Shown here: positions 36,967 through 46,371 of the stretch, one piece after another
How positions within the stretch are numbered: the first letter of the stretch is position 1
Layout of the letters: each line of letters starts with the position of its first letter
Assembly: GCA_003696625.1 (NCBI GenBank)
Contig: RFGR01000014.1
Span: 15,730 to 79,729 of the forward strand
Direction: 5' to 3'
DNA length: 64,000 nt
Origin: Planctomycetota bacterium
GTDB lineage: Bacteria; Planctomycetota; UBA1135
Notes under the pieces: model-generated
The model's input: only the letters and a program-made list of their open reading frames with translations
Told to the model about the DNA's origin: nothing
Database searches by the model: none
Position numbers and translations under genes: made by a program

Positions 36967-38307
36967 ATGATTCCGGTTCTCCTCCTCGCCGCCATGCCCC
37001 TTCCCACCCCCCAGGACCTGATCCGGGAGGGCGAACTCCTGCCCGTCCTGGAACTGCCCGAGATCGACGGTTCCGGCCTGGTCGATCTCGCCTCCTTCCG
37101 CGGTCGCAAGCTGCTGCTGATCGAGTTCGCGAGTTGGTGAGCGGGCTGCCGCCGCCATGTGCCGGTCTGGCACGAGGCCCTGAAGAAGATCCGGCGCGAG
37201 ACCGGACTGGCGGTGGTCGGCATCACCCAGGAGCAGCACCCGGAGCGCTGCTCCCTGTTCCGGCAGTGGCAGGAACTCGATTGGCCCATCCTCTGGGACC
37301 CCTTCAACCTCACCGGGGCCGAGATGGTGCCGAACTTCACCGCCGTGGACGAGCACGGGGTCGTGCGGCTGCGGCGGGCGCGGCTGGAGAGCTTCCGCCA
37401 GGATTTCCTGGATCGGACGTTTCCGGCCTCGGGCCCGCCGGCGGACCGGCTGGAGGGAGTTCCCGGCCTGGGCGCGATCCGGGCCTTCCTCGCCGCCTCG
37501 CCGGCCGAGCGCGACGTGTCGGCGCTGGTTGCCGCCCTCGAGGACCTGGCCCGGAAGAACCCGAAGGACGCCGCCCTCTCCTTCCGCCTCGGAGTGGCCC
37601 TACGCTTGCGCCACGACTCCCCGGCGCGCCGGCCGGACGACTTCGGCCGCGCCGTCGCGGTCTGGTCCCATGCGCTGGCGTTGCGGCCCGGCCAGTACAT
37701 CTGGCGCCGGCGGATCCAGCAGTACGGGCCGCGGATGGACAAGCCCTACCCCTTCTACGATTGGATCGGCCGGGCTCAGGCGGAGCTGCGCGCCCGCGGC
37801 GAGGAACCGGTCGCCCAGCTGGTACCGCTGGCCGCCGCCGAGCGAGCCGAGCCGAGCCGCGGACCGGCGGCGACGGGGAAGCCGCCCGTCGAACCCGATC
37901 CGCGCGGCGGCGTGCCGGCGGATCCGGGTTTCGTCCGCCTCGAGACGGTCGCCGTGCCGGGCACCGGCGATCGCCCGGTCTGGCGCCTTTACCTCTCGCT
38001 GGCGCCCGCGCCGGACAAGGGCGTGAGCTGGGACAACGGCGCCGGTCCGCTCCAGGTCTGGCTGGACGCCGGCTCCCTGCCCGCCGGCGCCCTGCTCGAC
38101 CGGCAGCTCCTGGAGGCCCCGCTGCCGGACCGGGAGCACAGCTCCGAGGAGCGGGTGCTCGAGGCCGAGATCGCGCTGCCGGCGCCGGGCGCCGGCGCGG
38201 CCGAGCTGCGCGGCTACGCCGTCTTCGGCATCTGCGAGGAGCAGACCGGCGCCTGCCGCTGGCTGCGCCGCGACTTCCGTCTCCCGCTGGTCTGGGACGG
38301 GGCGTAG
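36967..38307 (+). CDS. exported TlpA-like thioredoxin-fold protein with in-frame UGA (probable selenocysteine, U-A-G-C redox motif) and a C-terminal Cys-pair domain
   Basis: The track reports only 37159..38307. The same frame is open from ATG 36967 apart from the single TGA at 37138: MIPVLLLAAMPLPTPQDLIREGELLPVLELPEIDGSGLVDLASFRGRKLLLIEFASW-[TGA]-AGCRRHVPVWHEALKKIRRETGLAVVGITQEQ...EMVPNFTAVDEHGVV. The TGA occupies the position of the first Cys of W-C-x-x-C. A SECIS-like hairpin follows. The conceptual product is 446 aa. Confidence 0.7.
37138..37140 (+). other. in-frame TGA proposed to be decoded as selenocysteine
   Basis: ...gag ttc gcg agt tgg TGA gcg ggc tgc cgc... = E F A S W U A G C R. 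Confidence 0.65.
37154..37178 (+). promoter_or_regulatory. bacterial SECIS-like stem-loop (recoding signal)
   Basis: Upper stem GUGCC (37159..37163) / GGCAC (37169..37173) with loop GGUCU. The lower stem adds G54-C78, C55-G77, C56-G76, an A-A mismatch and a U-G pair. The loop starts 23 nt after the UGA. The GGUC(U) loop matches the E. coli fdhF SECIS apical loop. Confidence 0.6.
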
Positions 38308-38385
38308 CCGGCGCGGCGCCGGGCCGCCGCACCGCCACGCCCGGGCGCAGGCGGTGTACCGGCTCCGCCCGCCGGTGGCCGGGGC

Positions 38386-39837
38386 TCAGCCGAGGGTGAT
38401 CCGCAGGCCGTTCGAAGCGGCCTCGCCCGATGCGACCCAGACCTGGAACCAGCCGCGCGCGCCGGGAGGCGCCGAGGGCGGCAGGGTGAGGGGGAAAACC
38501 AGGCCGCCCTGCGGATCGAGGGGCAGGTTGTCGAAGCGGTGGTCCGGCCTGGGCACGACGGTGCCGCCCAGGTAAGGAAGGTCGATCCGGGCGGTACCGG
38601 CAACCAGCACCGCCAGACCCGTGGGGGGGCCGCCGGAGAACTGGAGCTGGACCCGGGCACCGGCCGTTCCAGGCCCGGCGCCGCGCAGGAGCGGGAGGCC
38701 CGCGGGGCCGCGCTTGCCCAGGCCGAGGTGGGTCCAGGGCTCGAAAGCCGTGGCGTTCAGCAGCACCGAGACGGGGGCGGGCCGGCCGAGGTTGCGGTCG
38801 GGCACGACCAGGTCCGGGCGGCCGTTGCCGTCCAGATCGCCGGCGGCCGCGGTCTGGGGCTGGGAAGCGAGATGGAAGATCTGCTCCGGATGGAAGGTGC
38901 CGTCCCCGTGGCCGGTGCGAACGCGGGCCTGGGCGAGGTAGGAATGGACCGAGACCAGGTCGGGAATGCCGTCGACGTTGAGATCGGCCGCGTGGAGGGC
39001 GGTGACATCGTCCGGGAAGGAGAGGGTGACGGCCGACCGGACCCCGCCCAGGCCGTCGCCGAAGGACAGGACGGCCTGGCTGGAGTAGAGGTCGGCGGCG
39101 ACGAAGTCTTCCGCCCCATCCTGGTCGAAATCGGCCACGGCCAGAGCGGCGTGGCCGCCGCCGAGCCAGTTCCGCTGGGGGAAGTGGCCGGTGCCGTCGT
39201 TGAGGAAGGTGAAGAGGCCGTAGGCCGTCAGGACGATATCGAGGTCGCCGTCGTCGTCGAGGTCGGCAAGCTCGAGGTGGCGGGCCTTCAGGCCCGTGGC
39301 GTTCGGCAGGTGTTCGGCGGCGCCGAAGAGGCCCCCCTGGTTGCGGAAGACGGTGAGGCCGTAGAGGACGTTGTTGGCGCAGACCAGATCCGGGTCGCCG
39401 TCCCCGTCGAGGTCGCCGCTGCGGAAGGCGATCGGGAAGCGGCCGCCGGCGAGGACCTGGCCCAGGATCGGTCGGGCGGGGTCGGCCGGGTTCCCGTACC
39501 AGACCTCGATGGAGGTGCCCTGGTTCCAGCCGTCGCCGAAGACCAGGTCCGGCCAGCCGTCGGCGTTGAAATCCCCCGTGCCGACACCCCAGCTCGGGAA
39601 GGAGGAGGGGATGCTCTCCTCGTTGGGGAAGGCGCCGGCGCCGTTGTTCCACTTGATGGTCGGTTCCGGGTCGGCCGAGGAGGGAACGACCAGGTCGAGG
39701 TCGCCGTCCCGGTCGAGATCGACCAGGGCGAGATCCTGCGGCTGGCTGCCGGCGAGCGGCCAGTCCGTTCGGGGGAGGAAGGAGACGGTCGTGCCCTGGG
39801 GCAGGGCGGCGAGGAAGAGGGGGACGGTGAGGAGCAT
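38386..39837 (-). CDS. secreted FG-GAP/VCBS-repeat (integrin-alpha-like propeller) protein
   Basis: 483-aa ORF. Signal peptide MLLTVPLFLAALPQ. Repeats with DLDRDGDLDLV, GDFNADGWPDLV, GDLDGDGDPDLV, ADLDDDGDLDIV, ADFDQDGAEDFV, ADLNVDGIPDLV, GDLDGNGRPDLV. Shared C-terminal module. Confidence 0.85.
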   Translation of the reverse strand: MLLTVPLFLAALPQGTTVSFLPRTDWPLAGSQPQDLALVDLDRDGDLDLVVPSSADPEPTIKWNNGAGAFPNEESIPSSFPSWGVGTGDFNADGWPDLVFGDGWNQGTSIEVWYGNPADPARPILGQVLAGGRFPIAFRSGDLDGDGDPDLVCANNVLYGLTVFRNQGGLFGAAEHLPNATGLKARHLELADLDDDGDLDIVLTAYGLFTFLNDGTGHFPQRNWLGGGHAALAVADFDQDGAEDFVAADLYSSQAVLSFGDGLGGVRSAVTLSFPDDVTALHAADLNVDGIPDLVSVHSYLAQARVRTGHGDGTFHPEQIFHLASQPQTAAAGDLDGNGRPDLVVPDRNLGRPAPVSVLLNATAFEPWTHLGLGKRGPAGLPLLRGAGPGTAGARVQLQFSGGPPTGLAVLVAGTARIDLPYLGGTVVPRPDHRFDNLPLDPQGGLVFPLTLPPSAPPGARGWFQVWVASGEAASNGLRITLG

Positions 39838-40066
39838 GGCGGTTGGATCTCCAGCCTATGGGACGCCGGGCCAGCCGTTTCCAGGGGCCGAGGCGATCCC
39901 CGCCGGGCCGCTCCGCCTGCCCCAGCGGAGCCCCGGCCCGGCGGGGCCGCGAAAGATGGGGGATGCCCCCTTCCCCGGATCTTCTCTCCCTTCACTTGGG
40001 AAGACGGATCCGGCCGCCGAAGGTGACGCCGGTATTCCCGGCATCCCGAGCCGGTTCCGAGCCTCC

Positions 40067-40072
40067 TAGAAT
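40067..40072 (+). promoter_or_regulatory. -10-like TAGAAT, 6 nt upstream of hutU ATG
   Basis: ctcCTAGAATCgagtcATG. No SD sequence. Confidence 0.5.
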
Positions 40073-40078
40073 CGAGTC

Positions 40079-41758
40079 ATGGCTGCGACCGAGACCCGCA
40101 CTCCGCTCGAGATCACTCCCGGCCCGCAGCGTGCCCCGCGCGGTACCGAGCTGCATTGCCGCACCTGGCACGCCGAGGCGGCGCTGCGCATGTTCCTGAA
40201 CAACCTCGACCCCGAGGTGGGGGAGGATCCGGCCAACCTGGTCGTCTACGGCGGCACCGGCCAAGCGGCGCGGGACTGGGACGCCGCCCGGAAGATCGTC
40301 GCCACCCTCCAGCGGCTGGCTCCGGACGAGACCCTGCTCGTCCAGTCCGGCAAGCCGGTGGCGGTCTTCCGCACCCACACTTGGTCACCCCGGGTGTTGA
40401 TCGCGAACAGCAACCTGGTCGGCAAGTGGGCGACCTGGGAGCACTTCCGCGAACTGGCCGCCAAGGGCCTGATGATGTACGGCCAGATGACGGCCGGATC
40501 CTGGATCTACATCGGCACCCAGGGCATCCTCCAGGGCACCTACGAGACCCTGGCCGCGGTCGCCAACAAGCGCTTCGGCGGCAGCCTCAAGGGCACGCTC
40601 ACGGTCACCGCCGGCTGCGGCGGCATGGGCGGGGCGCAACCGTTGGCGGTGACGATGAACGAGGGGGTCTGCCTGATCGCCGACGTCGACGGCGAACGCC
40701 TGGCGATGCGCCGCCGCACCCGCTATCTCGACGAGATCGTGGACGGCCTGGACGCGGCGATCGACCGCGCCTTGCAGGCCAGGGAGCGCTCCGAGGCGGT
40801 CAGCGTCGGGGTCGTCGCCAACGCCACCGAGTTGCTCGGACGGCTGGTCGAGCGCGGCATCACTCCCGAGGTCCTGACCGACCAGACCAGCGCCCACGAT
40901 CCGCTGAACGGCTATGTGCCGGACGGGATGTCCCTGGCCGAGGCGCTCGAACTGCGCCGGCGGGATCCCGATGAATACCAGCAGCGCAGCTTCGCCACCA
41001 TGGGCCGCCACGTCCGGGCGATGCTCGAGCTGATGCGGCGCGGCGCCGAGACCTTCGATTACGGCAACAACCTGCGCGCCTTCGCCAAGGAGAAGGCCGG
41101 CGTCGAGGACGCCTTCGCCTTCCCCGGCTTCGTTCCGGCCTACATCCGGCCGCTGTTCTGCGAAGGCCAGGGACCCTTCCGTTGGGCCGCCTTGAGCGGC
41201 GATCCGGAGGACATCCGCAAGACCGACGAGGCCATTCTGCGCCTGTTTCCGGAGAAGGAGCACCTCTGCCGCTGGATCCGGATGGCCGGCGAGCGGGTGG
41301 CCTTCCAGGGCCTGCCGAGCCGGATCTGCTGGCTGGGCTACGGCGAGCGCCACGTGGCCGGGCTGGAGTTCAACCGCATGGTCCGGGATGGTGAGCTGAG
41401 CGCCCCGATCGTGCTCGGTCGGGACCACCTGGACTGCGGCAGCGTCGCCAGCCCCAACCGCGAGACCGAGGCGATGAAGGACGGGACGGACGCCGTGGCC
41501 GACTGGCCGCTCCTGAACGGCATGCTCGCCGTGGCCGGCGGCGCGAGCTGGGTGAGCATGCACCACGGCGGGGGAGTGGGCATCGGCTACAGCCAACACT
41601 CCGGCCAGGTCTGCGTCTGCGACGGCACCCCCGAGATGGACGAACGCCTGCGCGCGGTCCTGACCAATGACCCGGGGATCGGGGTGGCCCGGCACGTGGA
41701 CGCCGGCTACGAGGAAGCCGTGGCGACGATGCGGGCACGGGGGGTGGACGTGCCGTGA
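40079..41758 (+). CDS. hutU: urocanate hydratase
   Basis: 559-aa ORF. ...[35 protein letters not shown]..., [37 protein letters not shown] are characteristic of HutU. Confidence 0.95.
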   Translation: MAATETRTPLEITPGPQRAPRGTELHCRTWHAEAALRMFLNNLDPEVGEDPANLVVYGGTGQAARDWDAARKIVATLQRLAPDETLLVQSGKPVAVFRTHTWSPRVLIANSNLVGKWATWEHFRELAAKGLMMYGQMTAGSWIYIGTQGILQGTYETLAAVANKRFGGSLKGTLTVTAGCGGMGGAQPLAVTMNEGVCLIADVDGERLAMRRRTRYLDEIVDGLDAAIDRALQARERSEAVSVGVVANATELLGRLVERGITPEVLTDQTSAHDPLNGYVPDGMSLAEALELRRRDPDEYQQRSFATMGRHVRAMLELMRRGAETFDYGNNLRAFAKEKAGVEDAFAFPGFVPAYIRPLFCEGQGPFRWAALSGDPEDIRKTDEAILRLFPEKEHLCRWIRMAGERVAFQGLPSRICWLGYGERHVAGLEFNRMVRDGELSAPIVLGRDHLDCGSVASPNRETEAMKDGTDAVADWPLLNGMLAVAGGASWVSMHHGGGVGIGYSQHSGQVCVCDGTPEMDERLRAVLTNDPGIGVARHVDAGYEEAVATMRARGVDVP

Positions 41759-41867
41759 GGTCTTCGCCGCCCGGACTTAGGCAGGCCGGAGCCAGTCGCT
41801 CCGGATCCGGTCGGAGGCTTCGGCCCCGGGACGGCCGGATCGGTCGACCGGACCCCGACCCGCCTCC

Positions 41868-41888
41868 CTGGACCCGCTCCGGGTCCAG
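41868..41888. terminator. hairpin between convergent hutU and the sulfatase-family gene
   Basis: CTGGACCC-gctcc-GGGTCCAG, a perfect 8-bp stem. Confidence 0.45.
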
Positions 41889-41903
41889 CGGAAGGGGCCG
41901 GAT

Positions 41904-43637
41904 TCATTCGGCGTCCTCGCCGCCGTCCAGGTAGCCGAGCGCCTGCAGATCGCCCTGCAGCGCCGCGGCGCCGGCGCCGCCGTGCCAGGTGCCGCCCTCG
42001 ACCTCGTCCAGCAGGATGTACCAGCCGTGCTCCTTCATGGCTTGGAACAGGGCCTCGGCCACCTCCGGTCGCTCCCGGGCCAGGTCGTGCTGCTCGAGCG
42101 GGTCGGCTTCCAGGTCGTAGAGGTGGATCTTGACCCCGTCCGGGTTGACCTCGCTCACCTCCTCGCGGATCAGCTTCCACAGCCGCCCGTCGTAGCGCAT
42201 GGCGATGCCGCGGAGCTGCCACGGCGGCTCGCCGTCGCCGCCGGTCTCCATCGGCGCCGGCCGGTCCTCGCCACCGCCGGCGCGGAGCAGCGGCAGCAGT
42301 GAGTGGCCCATCGCCTCCGGCGTCGGCTGGGCGGCGCCGGTCAGATCGAGGATCGTCGGCAGCACGTCGAGGAGCGGCACCTGGGTGTCGATCCGCAGGC
42401 CGGAGAAGCCCGGCGCCCACAGGACCAACGGCACGTGGGTGAGTTCCTGGTAGAGCACGTGACCGTGGCCGAGCGAGCCATGGTCGAGGAACTCTTCGCC
42501 GTGGTCACCGACCAGGACGACGATCGTGTCCGGGTGCTTCTCCCGCACCCGGCGGATGAAGGGTGCCAGGGCTGAGTCGGTGTAGCGTTGCTCCTCGTCG
42601 TAGGCGTCCTTCAGGTGCTGCAGCCGGCCGCCGCCGAGGTCCAGCTCGCCGGCGTGGAACTTGCGGATTTGGGCCGAGTTGAGGTTGAAGTCGGTGATTC
42701 CGCTCTTGTCCCACATGCCGCGGAACCCTTCCGGCGCCTCGTAGGGATGGTGCGGATCGGTGACGTGCAGGTAGCAGAAGAACGGCCGCGAGCCGTCCCG
42801 TCGGTCGATCCAGCGCTCCATGTCGGCGGCCATGTCGCCGGCGTCCACCTCCCAGGAGACCTTGGTGAACTCGCGGAAACCTTGGCCGAAGCCGAAGTAC
42901 GGCACGATGTTGGCGTTGTTCGAGATCGCCATCGTGTCGTAGCCGGCGGCGGCCAAGCTCTCGGCCAGAGTGCGGTGGCGCCGGTCGAGGGCGACGAAAC
43001 GGCGGCTCGAGCCGGCCGGCATGTGGGACATCGCCCCGTGTCGGGACGGGGTCAGGCTGGTCAGGATCGAGGCCACCGAGGGGCGGGTCCACGGCGCCTG
43101 CGCCACCGCCCGCTCGAAGACCACGCCTTCCTGGGCCAGCGCGCCGATCTCCGGCCAGGTCGGCCGCTCGTAGCCGTAGAAACTGGTCCGGTCGGCCCGC
43201 CAGGTGTCGACCAGGATGAAGAGGACGTTCGGGGCGCCGGCCGGCGGGGCCGGGCGGGTCAGAACGGCGACGGCCCGCGGCGCCAGGGCCAGGGCGAGCA
43301 CGAGCAGGAAGCCGGCCGGACGGCCGAAGGTCCGGCTGCCCCAACGCAGCAGCCGCGGTAGGGCCGAAGCGCTCCGGCGCAGGAACTCGCCGGACAGGGC
43401 TAGAAGCAGGGTCAGGACGGCTGCCGCGGCGGCCTCCTTGACCGGGGCCGCCCGGGCCCAGAAGTCGATCTTCAGCCAGCCGAGGTCGGGGTCGTTCCAG
43501 TCCTGGACGCGGATCTCCCGCCAGGTTTCGAAGGCGCCGACCGCGAACCAGGCGAAGAGGAAACCGCTGGCGGCGGCGACCAGGCACCGGAGGGGACGGA
43601 TGGGGCGAGGGACCGAACTCATGATCGAACTGCGCAT
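41904..43637 (-). CDS. membrane-anchored sulfatase-family (alkaline-phosphatase superfamily) enzyme, LtaS/phosphotransferase-like
   Basis: 577-aa ORF with ~4 N-terminal TM helices. NVLFILVDTWRAD metal site. APWTRPSVASILTS carries Thr where true sulfatases have the Cys/Ser of C/S-x-P-x-R. GDHGEEF...HGH. Confidence 0.8.
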   Translation of the reverse strand: MRSSIMSSVPRPIRPLRCLVAAASGFLFAWFAVGAFETWREIRVQDWNDPDLGWLKIDFWARAAPVKEAAAAAVLTLLLALSGEFLRRSASALPRLLRWGSRTFGRPAGFLLVLALALAPRAVAVLTRPAPPAGAPNVLFILVDTWRADRTSFYGYERPTWPEIGALAQEGVVFERAVAQAPWTRPSVASILTSLTPSRHGAMSHMPAGSSRRFVALDRRHRTLAESLAAAGYDTMAISNNANIVPYFGFGQGFREFTKVSWEVDAGDMAADMERWIDRRDGSRPFFCYLHVTDPHHPYEAPEGFRGMWDKSGITDFNLNSAQIRKFHAGELDLGGGRLQHLKDAYDEEQRYTDSALAPFIRRVREKHPDTIVVLVGDHGEEFLDHGSLGHGHVLYQELTHVPLVLWAPGFSGLRIDTQVPLLDVLPTILDLTGAAQPTPEAMGHSLLPLLRAGGGEDRPAPMETGGDGEPPWQLRGIAMRYDGRLWKLIREEVSEVNPDGVKIHLYDLEADPLEQHDLARERPEVAEALFQAMKEHGWYILLDEVEGGTWHGGAGAAALQGDLQALGYLDGGEDAE

Positions 43638-43691
43638 CCTACCCGGCGCCGATCCTCCTTGATCGGCCCGGCCGACGCCCTAGGAGGAGGG

Positions 43692-44237
43692 ATGTTCCGG
43701 CCGACCGCCTTGCTCCTCCTCGCCGCCGCCGGCTGCGCCGCGCCTGCCGCCGAGCCTCACGATTCCTTCTTCGACCTGTCCGCGGAGTCGCTGGCGGGAG
43801 AGACGGTCGATTTCGCGTCCTTTTCCGGCCGGCCGGTGCTTGTCGTCAATACCGCCAGCCGCTGCGGCTTCACGCCCCAGTACGCCGGCCTGGAGGAGCT
43901 GCACCGGCGCTACGGCCCACGGGGCTTGGTCGTCCTCGGCTTCCCCTGCAACCAGTTCCGGGGCCAGGAGCCCGGTACCGCGGCCGAGATCCGCGCCTTC
44001 TGCAGCGAGGAGTACGGCGTCACCTTCCCGCTGATGGCCAAGGTCGAGGTGTTGGCCGGGCCGGGCCAGTCGCCGGTCTTCGCCGACCTCGGCCGTCGCA
44101 GCGGCCGTCTGCCGGAGTGGAACTTCGCCAAATACTTGGTTTCCCCCGACGGCCGGAGCGTCCGCTTCTTCCCCACCCAGGTGCCGCCCGACGACCCCGA
44201 GCTGATCGCCGCGATCGAAGCCGCCCTGGGCGGCTGA
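43692..44237 (+). CDS. glutathione peroxidase (Cys type)
   Basis: The track ORF starts at 43659. ATG 43692 is preferred (TAGGAGGAGGG immediately upstream; MFRPTALLLLAAAGCAAP signal/lipobox-like). VNTASRCGFT (a TGC codon, not TGA), LGFPCNQF, WNFAKYLV. Confidence 0.9.
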   Translation: MFRPTALLLLAAAGCAAPAAEPHDSFFDLSAESLAGETVDFASFSGRPVLVVNTASRCGFTPQYAGLEELHRRYGPRGLVVLGFPCNQFRGQEPGTAAEIRAFCSEEYGVTFPLMAKVEVLAGPGQSPVFADLGRRSGRLPEWNFAKYLVSPDGRSVRFFPTQVPPDDPELIAAIEAALGG

Positions 44238-44322
44238 TTCCGCCCGCCGCCGCTCGGCGCCGGCTGGCGCGGCGGCCGGAAGGCGGGACAATGGGGGGCC
44301 CGGCCCAGCCCTCCACCCGCCG

Positions 44323-46371
44323 ATGAGCCAGCCGCAACCTTTCCCGGCCCCTTCCCAGGACCCGAACACCTGGACGCCGCAGGACGCCGCCGCCCTCTAC
44401 GGGGTGGACGCCTGGGGCCAGGGCTTCTTCGCCGTCACTCCGGACGGCCGCCTGACCGTCCGGCCGACCAAGGACCCGGCCCGCGAGATCGATCTGCTCG
44501 AGGTGGTCGAGGGGATGCGGGAGCGCGGCTTCACCACCCCGATCCTGCTCCGCTTCAGCGACCTGCTCCAACACCGCCTGAAGGAGATCCGCGACGCCTT
44601 CGACCGGGTCATGAGCGAGGTCGGCTATCGGGGCGGCTACCGGTGCGTCTATCCGATCAAGGTCAACCAGCAACGGCACGTCTGCGAGGAGCTGGCTCGC
44701 TTCGGCCAGGAACTCGGCTTCGGTCTCGAGGCCGGTTCCAAGCCGGAGCTGCTGGCGGTGCTCGGCCTCACCGCCGGCCGGCCGGAGATGCCGATCGTCT
44801 GCAACGGCTTCAAGGACGAGGAGTTCATCGAGACCGTGATCCTGGCCGCCAAGCTCGGCCGCAACATCACGCCGGTGGTCGAGAAGCCGAGCGAGCTGGG
44901 GCTGCTGGTCGGCGCCGCCCGCAAGTACGGGGTGAGGCCGCAGATCGGCATCCGGGTCAAGCTGGCGGCGCGCGGCGCCGGCAAGTGGGAGGCCTCCGGC
45001 GGCTCGCGGTCGAAGTTCGGCCTGTTCGTGTCCGAGGTGCTCCAGGCGCTCGAGCTGCTCCAGCGCGAGAACATGGCCGACTGCCTGACCATGCTCCACT
45101 GCCACATCGGCAGCCAAGTCCACGACATCCACCACCTGGAAGACGCCGCCAACGAGATCGCCCGGGTCTACTGCGAGTTGCACCGGCTCGGCGCCGGCCT
45201 GCGCGCCCTCGACGTCGGCGGCGGGCTCGGTGTGGACTACGACGGCAGCCAGACCAACTGGGAGTCCTCGACCAACTACCGACTCGAGGAGTACGCGGCG
45301 GCGGTGGTCGGCAAGGTCCAGGCCGCCTGTGATCAGGCCGGCGTGCCGCACCCGGAGATCCTGTCCGAATCCGGCCGGGCGATGGTCAGCTACTCGAGCG
45401 TACTGGTCTGCAACGTCCTCGGCAGCAGCAGTTTCGACGCCGGCATGACGCTCGAGGAGATCGAAGCCGGGGCGCGGGCCGACGGCGACGACGCCCCGCA
45501 ACCGCTGCGGGAGCTGCTCGAGGTCCGGCGCGAGCTGGCCGCCGGCAAGCTGCGCTGGGCGTTCCACAAGGCCAGCGCCGCCCGCGACCAGGCCCAGTCC
45601 CTGTTCAATCTCGGCTATCTTTCCCTGACCGACCGCTCGGCCTGCGACGAACTCTACTGGCGGATCTGCCGCCGGTTGTGGGAACTCGCCCAGGAAGAGG
45701 AGGAGATCCCCGAAGAACTGCAGCCCCTCGGCAGCACCCTCAGCGACATCTACTTCTGCAACTTCTCTCTTTTCCAGTCGCTGCCGGACGCCTGGGCCAT
45801 CCGGCAGGTCTTCCCGGTCTGCCCGATCCACCGCCTGGACGAGCGGCCGACCCGCCTCGGCGTGCTGGCCGACATCACCTGCGACTCGGACGGCCAGATC
45901 GGCCAGTTCCCCGACAAGCGGCAGAACGAGGTCAAGCAGGTGCTCGAACTGCACCCGCTGCGGCCGGAGGAGCCCTACTACCTCGGCTTCTTCCTGGTCG
46001 GCGCCTATCAGGAGATCCTCGGCGACCTGCACAATCTGCTCGGCGACACCCACACCGTGCACGTCCGCCTGGACGAGGACGGCGACTGGGAGGTCGAGGA
46101 GGTCGTCCGCGGCGATTCGGTGCGGCAGGTCCTCCAGTACGTCAACTTCCGGCCGGAGGTCCTGGAGGAGGCCCTGCGGCGGGAAGTCGAGAAGGCGATG
46201 CGTCGGCAGCGGCTGACCCTGCGCGAGGGCCGCTCCCTGCTCCACTTCTTCCGCGAGGGCCTGGAGGGCTACACCTACCTCGAGGAGGCCGAGCCCGAGG
46301 TTCCGGAGGCGCCGTCGGCGCCGGCGATCGTGGAACCCGAGCCGGCTTCGGCCCATCCCACCGAGCCATGA
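44323..46371 (+). CDS. speA: biosynthetic arginine decarboxylase
   Basis: 682-aa ORF. ...YGVDAWGQGFF..., YPIKVNQQRHV (PLP Lys), HCHIGSQ, LDVGGGLGVDYDG, ITCDSDG are SpeA signatures. Confidence 0.95.
   Translation: MSQPQPFPAPSQDPNTWTPQDAAALYGVDAWGQGFFAVTPDGRLTVRPTKDPAREIDLLEVVEGMRERGFTTPILLRFSDLLQHRLKEIRDAFDRVMSEVGYRGGYRCVYPIKVNQQRHVCEELARFGQELGFGLEAGSKPELLAVLGLTAGRPEMPIVCNGFKDEEFIETVILAAKLGRNITPVVEKPSELGLLVGAARKYGVRPQIGIRVKLAARGAGKWEASGGSRSKFGLFVSEVLQALELLQRENMADCLTMLHCHIGSQVHDIHHLEDAANEIARVYCELHRLGAGLRALDVGGGLGVDYDGSQTNWESSTNYRLEEYAAAVVGKVQAACDQAGVPHPEILSESGRAMVSYSSVLVCNVLGSSSFDAGMTLEEIEAGARADGDDAPQPLRELLEVRRELAAGKLRWAFHKASAARDQAQSLFNLGYLSLTDRSACDELYWRICRRLWELAQEEEEIPEELQPLGSTLSDIYFCNFSLFQSLPDAWAIRQVFPVCPIHRLDERPTRLGVLADITCDSDGQIGQFPDKRQNEVKQVLELHPLRPEEPYYLGFFLVGAYQEILGDLHNLLGDTHTVHVRLDEDGDWEVEEVVRGDSVRQVLQYVNFRPEVLEEALRREVEKAMRRQRLTLREGRSLLHFFREGLEGYTYLEEAEPEVPEAPSAPAIVEPEPASAHPTEP

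Noticed and set aside
43692-44237. Glutathione peroxidase, and the peroxiredoxin at 55467..56066, as further selenoproteins.
   Set aside because: Both have ordinary Cys codons at the active site (NTASRCGFT, FTFVCPSE) and uninterrupted ORFs.
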